Made by a program: the position numbers and the translations under genes
Assembly: GCA_009777715.1 (NCBI GenBank)
Contig: WRLH01000017.1
Coordinates: 2,191 to 66,190, forward strand
DNA length: 64,000 nt
Source of the DNA: Lachnospiraceae bacterium
GTDB taxonomy: Bacteria > Bacillota > Clostridia > Lachnospirales > Lachnospiraceae
Reading direction: 5' to 3'
The notes under the pieces: generated by a model
Seen by the model: only the letters and a program-made list of their open reading frames with translations
Told to the model about the DNA's origin: nothing
Databases searched by the model: none
Part shown: in pieces, positions 58,263 through 64,000 of the stretch
How the letters are laid out: each line of letters begins with the position of its first letter
Position numbering within the stretch: position 1 is the first letter of the stretch

Positions 58263-59537
58263 TTACATCTCCTCTAAAAACTTCCTGACACTAACAAGCT
58301 TTAAGCAAAGAACAAACAAATCCATCGCCTTGCGCAAATCTTCCACGCTCGGAAATGACGGCGCAATCCGGATATTGCTGTCGTTTGGGTCAAGCCCATC
58401 AGGATATGCCGCCCCGGCCTTTGTCATTGTTACCCCTGCTTCCTTTAATAGTGAAATAATCGCCTTTGCGCTCCCATTAATGCCGTCAAATGATATAAAA
58501 TAACCGCCTTTTGGTTTCTGCCATGTCCCAATCCCCAGGCCGCCAACTTCTTGCTCCAATTTATCAAGCACGATTTCAAATTTGGGCCTTAAAAGGGCAG
58601 CGTGTTTTTCCATATGGGCCTTAATGAAAGCCGGATCGCGGAAAAATTTTACATGACGGAGCATATTAAGCTTATCCGCACCAATCGTTTTAGCACCCAT
58701 GGAAGCTTTAATAAAATCAAGATTGGCTTTTGAAGCACAAAGAGCCGAAATGCCAGCTCCGGCAAAACTAATCTTTGAAAATGAAGAAAAATAATAAACC
58801 AGATCGGGGTTACCTGCTTTCTTGCATTCAGAAAAAAGGTCAAGGATTTCATCTTGCTCATCTTCATATAAATGATGGATCGCGTAAGCATTATCCCAAT
58901 AAATGCGGAAATCCTCGGCGGCGGGCTTAAGACAGGCAAATCTTTTTACCGTCTCATCACTATAGCTTATGCCTTGCGGATTGGAATATTTTGGCACGCA
59001 CCAAATCCCTTTGACCGATTTATCCTCATTTACGTATTTTTCGACTATCGCCATGTCCGGGCCGCTTTCAGACATCGGAATCGTAATCATTTCAATTCCA
59101 AAATGCCCGGTTATCCTAAAATGGCGGTCGTAACCCGGAGCTGGGCAAAGAAATTTCACTTTTTCACTTAAGTACCACGGCGGCGAGCCATTTACGCCAT
59201 GGGTCACCGAATTAGAAATCATGTCGTACATCAAATTCAAGCTGGAATTTCCGCTCACAAACACATTTTCAAACGGAACGGAAAGCAATTCAGAAAATAA
59301 AACCCTTGCTTCCTTTATCCCGGCCAAACCGCCGTAATTGCGGCAGTCAATCCCATCACTTGTATGAGTTTCATCAATTGCCAGCATCCGATTGCTTAGA
59401 TCAAGCTGCTCCGGTGAGGGTTTGCCCCTTGACATATCAAGTTTTAAGCCTTTTTTCTTCGCTTCATCATAGCTTGCTTCCAATTCTTTTAGCAAGCCTA
59501 AAAACTCTGATTTTGATAAATTTTCGTATTTTTTCAT
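58263..59537 (-). CDS. Class I/II PLP-dependent aminotransferase
   Basis: ATG 59537 (MKKYENLSKSEF) overlaps the upstream stop (ATGA). The PLP-lysine context is YYFSSFSKISFAGAG. The track start at 59639 is unlikely. Confidence 0.75.
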   Translation of the reverse strand: MKKYENLSKSEFLGLLKELEASYDEAKKKGLKLDMSRGKPSPEQLDLSNRMLAIDETHTSDGIDCRNYGGLAGIKEARVLFSELLSVPFENVFVSGNSSLNLMYDMISNSVTHGVNGSPPWYLSEKVKFLCPAPGYDRHFRITGHFGIEMITIPMSESGPDMAIVEKYVNEDKSVKGIWCVPKYSNPQGISYSDETVKRFACLKPAAEDFRIYWDNAYAIHHLYEDEQDEILDLFSECKKAGNPDLVYYFSSFSKISFAGAGISALCASKANLDFIKASMGAKTIGADKLNMLRHVKFFRDPAFIKAHMEKHAALLRPKFEIVLDKLEQEVGGLGIGTWQKPKGGYFISFDGINGSAKAIISLLKEAGVTMTKAGAAYPDGLDPNDSNIRIAPSFPSVEDLRKAMDLFVLCLKLVSVRKFLEEM

Positions 59538-61174
59538 AAATTCATTTGCTCCACTGCTTTCGCAACTGCCTCCGCCACCAGCACACCGTCCATTGTCGCT
59601 GAAATAATGCCCCCGGCATAACCTGCCCCCTCGCCGCAAGGGTATAGCCCATCATAATTTGCCCGGAAAAATTCGTCACGAGGAATCCTTACCGGGCTCG
59701 ATGTCCGGCTTTCAATCCCGGCGACTAAGGTCATGTCATCGTCAAAGCCGGGTATTTTTTGCCCAAATTCATTCATTGCGTCAAGAAATGCTTTGTTCAT
59801 TTCATCATCCAGAATTTCATGGACAGGGGCAAAGCAAAAATCGCCTTTGGTGCTGGGAATATTTTTATCCGTGCTGACAGCCAAATCTTCCGTCCCCAAG
59901 ACCGCTTTTTTAAAATCACCTAAATATGAAACGGGAATTTTGCCATTGCCAATTTGGTATGCCTTTTCTTCCAGCTTTCTTTGATACTCAATCCCGCTAA
60001 GCGGGTGGTTTAGGCCAAGCTTATGGGGATTAACCGCCATCACAATCGCGCTGTTGGCACTTTCCCCGGCCCGGTCACTATAGCTCATTCCATTGATCGA
60101 AAGAAAGCCTTTCTCGGTCGAAGCATTAACGATGAATCCGCCCGGACACATACAAAACGAATAAGCTGTTTTGCTGGCCAGCTTGTAATCAGCCGCCCCC
60201 AGCACTTTGTGATAATTTACCCCATGCTGGATTTTATTGATTAACACCTGCGGATGCTCAACCCTTAAGCCGACCGAAAAAGGTTTTGCTTCCATCTTGA
60301 CGCCATTTTGGTAAAGGGCATGGAACGTGTCCCTTGCACTATGCCCGATGGCCAAGATGACATAATCCGCTTTTAATTCTTCATTTTCATTAATAATAAC
60401 ACCTGTTATTTTATTTCCATGACGAGAAAACCCGGTTACTTTCTGGCCAAAACGGACTTCACCGCCATTTAGGATAATCTGCTTTCTGATGTCCTTAATA
60501 ATGTTTCTTAGCACATCGGTGCCCAGATGCGGTTTCTGCTCGTAGAGAATTTCCGCCGGGGCCCCGGCTTTTTTAAGAATCGACAGGACCGCTTTTTTTA
60601 TCCCCCTTGGGTCTTTAACCTGCGTACTTAGTTTTCCGTCCGAAAAAGTCCCTGCCCCGCCTTCGCCGAACAAAACATTGGATTCGGGGTTTAGGATTCC
60701 CTCATTAAAGAAGCGGTTTATCGTTTCCGTCCGCTCCCGGACCGCTTCGCCCCGCTCCAGAATAATCGGGCAAAAGCCGGAAAGCGCCAGCATATAGCCG
60801 CAAAACAGACCCGCCGGGCCAGCCCCGATGATGACCGGGCGGCTTTTAGTTTTGCCCGCGCGGTAAGGAAAAGAGTATTTCGCTTCTTCATTAACTGAAA
60901 TCGCTTTAACCTTAAGCTTCTTAATTAGATTATGCTCAAGCTCCGCCTTGCTTTGCTTTTCATTTGCCCCAAAATCAGGCTTTATGTCAACAGTATAACT
61001 ATAAAAAAGTTGCGGTTTTTTCCTTGCATCAACCGAACGCCTGATGATTTGGTATGTAAAAGAAGCACCCGGCTTTAAATTAAGCAGCCTTTTGATTTTG
61101 GCTTTTAGTTTTTCAGCGGGATTTTCCGTCTTGTCATTTTTTATTAATACCCGCAGTTGGTTTATTCTAATCAT
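59534..61174 (-). CDS. FAD-dependent protein (COG2509-like uncharacterised dehydrogenase)
   Basis: 546 aa. Has the dinucleotide-binding motif VIIGAGPAGLF, and the C-terminus LYPCGEGAGYAGGI is typical of this family. Confidence 0.7.
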   Translation of the reverse strand: MIRINQLRVLIKNDKTENPAEKLKAKIKRLLNLKPGASFTYQIIRRSVDARKKPQLFYSYTVDIKPDFGANEKQSKAELEHNLIKKLKVKAISVNEEAKYSFPYRAGKTKSRPVIIGAGPAGLFCGYMLALSGFCPIILERGEAVRERTETINRFFNEGILNPESNVLFGEGGAGTFSDGKLSTQVKDPRGIKKAVLSILKKAGAPAEILYEQKPHLGTDVLRNIIKDIRKQIILNGGEVRFGQKVTGFSRHGNKITGVIINENEELKADYVILAIGHSARDTFHALYQNGVKMEAKPFSVGLRVEHPQVLINKIQHGVNYHKVLGAADYKLASKTAYSFCMCPGGFIVNASTEKGFLSINGMSYSDRAGESANSAIVMAVNPHKLGLNHPLSGIEYQRKLEEKAYQIGNGKIPVSYLGDFKKAVLGTEDLAVSTDKNIPSTKGDFCFAPVHEILDDEMNKAFLDAMNEFGQKIPGFDDDMTLVAGIESRTSSPVRIPRDEFFRANYDGLYPCGEGAGYAGGIISATMDGVLVAEAVAKAVEQMNL

Positions 61175-62411
61175 TTTTCACCTGATTTTTCACCCCGCTC
61201 CCGGCAACATATCCGCTCGACCACGCCCATTGGAGATTGTAACCGCCGCACCGCCCATCAACATCAATTATTTCCCCGGCAAAAAAAAGGCCCGGCACTT
61301 TAAGCGACTCTAAATCGTCACTAAGGCCCTCAAGCTCCACGCCCCCGGCGCAAACCTGCGCATTTGCAAGAGAATCCGGCCGGGCAACTTCGAATTTTAG
61401 GTGGCGGTAGCTGTCAAGCAGCCCTTTCATTTTGTCATTGCCAATCTTGCTTACTCTTTCATTTTGCTTAAGCCCATGCAAAGATATCATTACTTGGTTA
61501 ATTTTTTTGTTTGCCATCCCCAGCAAAAATTCCGCCACGGTTCTTTCCGCAAATAATGTAAGCCGCTTAGAGCAAAATTCTTCGTATTCGGCCGCGGTCA
61601 TGTCGGGGAAAAAATCGACCAGCACAATCGCCCGTTCGCCGCGCGTCAAAGCATAAGCTGCCGTCCGGGAAAGCTGAAAAACCGGAATCCCGGAAATAGC
61701 CTGCGCAGTAAATTGTAATTCCCCGATTTCCGTCTGCTTTATTGTTCCGTTGACCAGCACAGTCAATTTTGCCCAGCAGCGGACTCCGGCTAAACTTTTT
61801 AAAAATTCTTCCTTGCATTTAAGCTTGCAAAGGCCAGGCACAAGCTTTACGACCTGATGGCCAAGCGACTCGGCCATCTCATATCCGCTTTCGCCTTCGT
61901 CATTTTTCCCATAAGCCATGCTGCCACAGGCAATGATTACTTTATCAAAAACATCACTCCCCACGTTAAACTGATTATTTTTCTTTTCCAGCGTTTTTAT
62001 CTCAGTTTCGCACACGACTAAAACGCCCAATTCCAAAAGCCGTAACCTAAGCGCGTCAAGAACCACGTTTGCTTGCTCTGGATAAGGATAAAGATAGCCG
62101 CCTTTGTTGCGGATCATCACGCCAAGGCTTTCGAAAAAGCTGATTGTCTCTTTTACCGAAAATTGAGCCAATATTTTCCCAACCCGCTCCGGCATTGATG
62201 TATAAAATTCATTGATTTCCATTTTGGCATTGCTTAAATTGCATTTGCCGTTCCCGGTCACAAGAAGTTTTTGCCCGACGCGGGCTTTTCTTTCATATAG
62301 TGTCACCGAGCAGCCCAAAGAAGCTGCCCTTATCGCTGCCATCATTCCTGAAGCTCCTGCCCCGATTACAGCCACTTTAATTTTTTCCACCAAATTTACT
62401 CCCTGCGACAT
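61167..62411 (-). CDS. NAD(P)/FAD-dependent oxidoreductase, HI0933/BaiN-like
   Basis: 414 aa. Has VAVIGAGASGMMAA, and the C-terminus GLFFAGEIIDVDGRCGGYNLQWAWSSG is typical of the family. It overlaps the next gene by 8 nt. Confidence 0.8.
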   Translation of the reverse strand: MSQGVNLVEKIKVAVIGAGASGMMAAIRAASLGCSVTLYERKARVGQKLLVTGNGKCNLSNAKMEINEFYTSMPERVGKILAQFSVKETISFFESLGVMIRNKGGYLYPYPEQANVVLDALRLRLLELGVLVVCETEIKTLEKKNNQFNVGSDVFDKVIIACGSMAYGKNDEGESGYEMAESLGHQVVKLVPGLCKLKCKEEFLKSLAGVRCWAKLTVLVNGTIKQTEIGELQFTAQAISGIPVFQLSRTAAYALTRGERAIVLVDFFPDMTAAEYEEFCSKRLTLFAERTVAEFLLGMANKKINQVMISLHGLKQNERVSKIGNDKMKGLLDSYRHLKFEVARPDSLANAQVCAGGVELEGLSDDLESLKVPGLFFAGEIIDVDGRCGGYNLQWAWSSGYVAGSGVKNQVKND

Positions 62412-62441
62412 TTTCTAAGGCTCGCCCCATTTAAGCCAATA

Positions 62442-62723
62442 CTATATTATAGCACAAAAAAAAATTACAACAACTCTTGGCCTTGGGCATGGGAGCATGG
62501 AGCCCCACCCATTGAAACCAACGGTTGATATATCCCCATGCAATAAATAAGCCCCTAAAACGAATAAAGCAACCAACAAACAGGCGGGAATAAAAGTGAT
62601 TACAGAAACTGCGATTTGTTTATACAAAGTATCGGGTGCTTTGAATTTGACTGCGTTTTTCGGCAAGACACCTACTGGTAGTTGAGAGTTGTCTTTGAAA
62701 AAACCTTTATAAACAAGTTTCAT
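62442..62723 (-). pseudogene. Probable truncated DUF3267-like membrane (zincin-type) protein fragment
   Basis: 93 aa. MKLVYKGFFKDNSQLPVGVLPKNAVKFKAPD plus one TM helix resembles the N-terminus of DUF3267 proteins. It ends before any HExxH-type region. Confidence 0.3.
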
Positions 62724-62938
62724 ATTCTTTTTCTCCCATTTGTGATTGCTTCTCTAACAATATCTTCATGACTTGCTTTAATTCTCTGTGCCAAAACAAA
62801 AATCCCCTTTGTAAAATATCATGCGTTACATATCCTCGTTATTTTACTTTCCTGAATTTCTTTTGTCAAGAACCTATGGATAACCGAGGCGATACGTTCA
62901 TCGTAACTTACGTTTTTTTCTTGTCTGGATTTTGGCAT
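62720..62938 (-). pseudogene. TetR-like HTH remnant with an in-frame TGA
   Basis: My translation from ATG 62938 is MPKSRQEKNVSYDERIASVIHRFLTKEIQESKITRICNA*YFTKGIFVLAQRIKASHEDIVREAITNGRKRI*. The internal TGA is at 62821-62819. Only about 72 codons are present, and there is no ligand-binding domain. Confidence 0.3.
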
Positions 62939-62962
62939 AATAAAACTTCTCCTTTAAAATTG

Positions 62963-63061
62963 TGTGGATTTATGGTACAATGTCGGTACTGACGTACCGA
63001 CTTATAAAAATGCTTCGCATTTTAGGATTTAATTGGCTCGTGCGTGTGGATTTATGGTACA
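62963..63061. repeat. ~85-bp twin-hairpin repeat, copy 2 (inverted relative to 32462-32552), bracketed by the 18-bp direct repeat GTGTGGATTTATGGTACA
   Basis: GTCGGTACTGACGTACCGACTTATAAAAATGCTTCGCATTTTAGGATTTAATTGGCTCGTGCGTGTGGATTTATGGTACA. The direct repeats are at 62963-62980 and 63044-63061. Confidence 0.8.
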
Positions 63062-63122
63062 ATTATCATAGAAAAAGCGATTTGCCATTTCTTGCAAGCC
63101 GCTTTAACATTTGGATGGGGGT

Positions 63123-63386
63123 GTGAAATTTTTGGCTGAATTAACTTCCTTAAGAAATATCGGTAAAGAATTAGAAAGAAAATTAAAGTCTATTGGTATT
63201 TTCACGGCAGAAGAATTAAAAGAAGCTGGCAGTAAAGATGCCTTCTTCAAACTAAAGCTACACTACCCAAATGTATGCCTTGTTCATCTTTATACTCTTG
63301 AGGGAGCAATTTCTGATGTTGAATATAACCAATTGCCAGAAGATGTAAAATGCACCTTGAAAGAGTTTAGCGATAGTTTGAAGTAG
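63123..63386 (+). CDS. TfoX C-terminal domain protein
   Basis: LTSLRNIGKELERKLKSIGIFTAEELKEAGSKDAFFKLK resembles the helix-hairpin-helix of TfoX_C. The start is uncertain: GTG 63123, TTG 63111 or TTG 63132. Confidence 0.5.
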   Translation: MKFLAELTSLRNIGKELERKLKSIGIFTAEELKEAGSKDAFFKLKLHYPNVCLVHLYTLEGAISDVEYNQLPEDVKCTLKEFSDSLK

Positions 63387-63392
63387 GTTTGC

Positions 63393-63493
63393 AAAATGCC
63401 CAATTTTCGGTCATAAAAATAAATCGCGGCAAATTCCTACTTTGTGAACACCGAACTAAAGTTCGTGGAATCTTGCTCGCGATTATTTATTGG
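63393..63493. repeat. Fragment of the MITE-like element (central hairpin plus one inner arm)
   Basis: AAAATGCCCAATTTTCGGTCATAAAAATAAATCGCGGCAAATTCC...GGAATCTTGCTCGCGATTATTTATTGG matches the core of 57300-57410. Confidence 0.7.
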
Positions 63494-63539
63494 AGAATCT
63501 TCCTTACAAAACAGAGTCGTCTCCAGCTGTTTCTAATAA

Positions 63540-64000
63540 TCATTCTGTGTAATTATTCTTTTCAAATTTCGTAATCTGAAAAGAACGCTCTAAAGCCTTT
63601 TCAATTTGCACATCAACATTATCAACTGTTTCCTCAACTCCTACATTTAGCTTTACTTGAATAAAATACTCAAGCGTTCCATTATTACCTGTTATTGGGC
63701 TGTTCGTTATCGCAAGAACAGATATATTCATTTCCAAAAATCTGTGGCACAAATTTCCTAGAAGACTGCGCAAGGTATCCGGATCATTTATCCTGCCGTT
63801 TCGACGAATTTCCGAAGACTCCACTTCATATATGGGTTTCACAAGGCAAACGACAATGCCAGGCCGCCCCTTAAATATCTCCATACATATTGGCAATGCT
63901 CTTGTTAACGATAAGTAAGATAAATCCAAGGTAATAATTTCAGGCACTGGCTCTAGATTACAGAGTGCTTGATCACTTAAATTTGTACGCTCCATATTAA
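63540..64000 (-). CDS. TlyA/FtsJ-like RNA methyltransferase, C-terminal part (the ORF is open to the window end and probably continues beyond it)
   Basis: TLDLSYLSLTRALPICMEIFKGRPGIVVCLVKPIYEV...SPITGNNGTLEYF parallels the TlyA pattern DVSFISL...LVKPQFE...SPI.G..GN.EFL. There is no stop codon between 63995 and base 64000. Confidence 0.45.
   Translation of the reverse strand, partial: NMERTNLSDQALCNLEPVPEIITLDLSYLSLTRALPICMEIFKGRPGIVVCLVKPIYEVESSEIRRNGRINDPDTLRSLLGNLCHRFLEMNISVLAITNSPITGNNGTLEYFIQVKLNVGVEETVDNVDVQIEKALERSFQITKFEKNNYTE

Overview
This window is a chromosomal segment of a spore-forming Bacillota (Clostridia-like) genome. I read about 55 protein genes, and all but four (PIG-L deacetylase, PsiE-like, DAHP synthase, TfoX_C) are on the minus strand.

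The backbone is housekeeping and sporulation:
- a nucleoside-salvage operon (punA-cdd-amidohydrolase)
- spoIVA, tyrS, a MoxR/VWA pair, scpA-scpB, deoC
- a D-Ala-D-Ala carboxypeptidase, rpsU, alaS, glyQS
- era-yqzL-recO, an M16C peptidase, glcK, metA, ligA, hflX
- aroA and a DAHP synthase, xerD, spoIIM
- a NUDIX / aminotransferase / two-flavoprotein operon

Two things stand out.

1. An accessory locus at about 35.6-46.0 kb.
- It holds three paralogous secreted beta-helix-repeat proteins. Each ends in a near-identical tandem SH3b module of about 450 bp.
- Two of the three carry G9/G10 homopolymer tracts inside the coding sequence.
- An AlbA_2/Schlafen-HATPase-wHTH protein starts 4 nt after the third paralogue.
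- A PsiE-like membrane protein and an Rpn-type PD-(D/E)XK nuclease/transposase lie in the same locus.

2. An unusually high load of intergenic palindromic repeats, in at least five families.
- REP-like hairpins GATTGCGG-loop-CCGCAATGAC: 18 copies plus 2 collapsed copies.
- Long ERIC-like mosaic palindromes with 45-84 bp tandem units on both sides of alaS.
- A MITE-like nested palindrome of about 210-240 bp, in three copies plus one fragment.
- An AGTGGAAATTTTAATTTCCACACT terminator-like module.
- A twin-hairpin repeat of about 85 bp.

Some repeats supply stop codons and C-terminal residues to genes. One module is found inserted inside another. A 27-bp inverted-repeat pair brackets a 974-bp cassette carrying an XRE/Cys-rich regulator, between spoIIM and the NUDIX gene.

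I saw no rRNA or tRNA genes, CRISPR array, cas genes, reverse transcriptase or prophage. All calls come from reading the sequence and the translated ORFs by eye. No database search was run.
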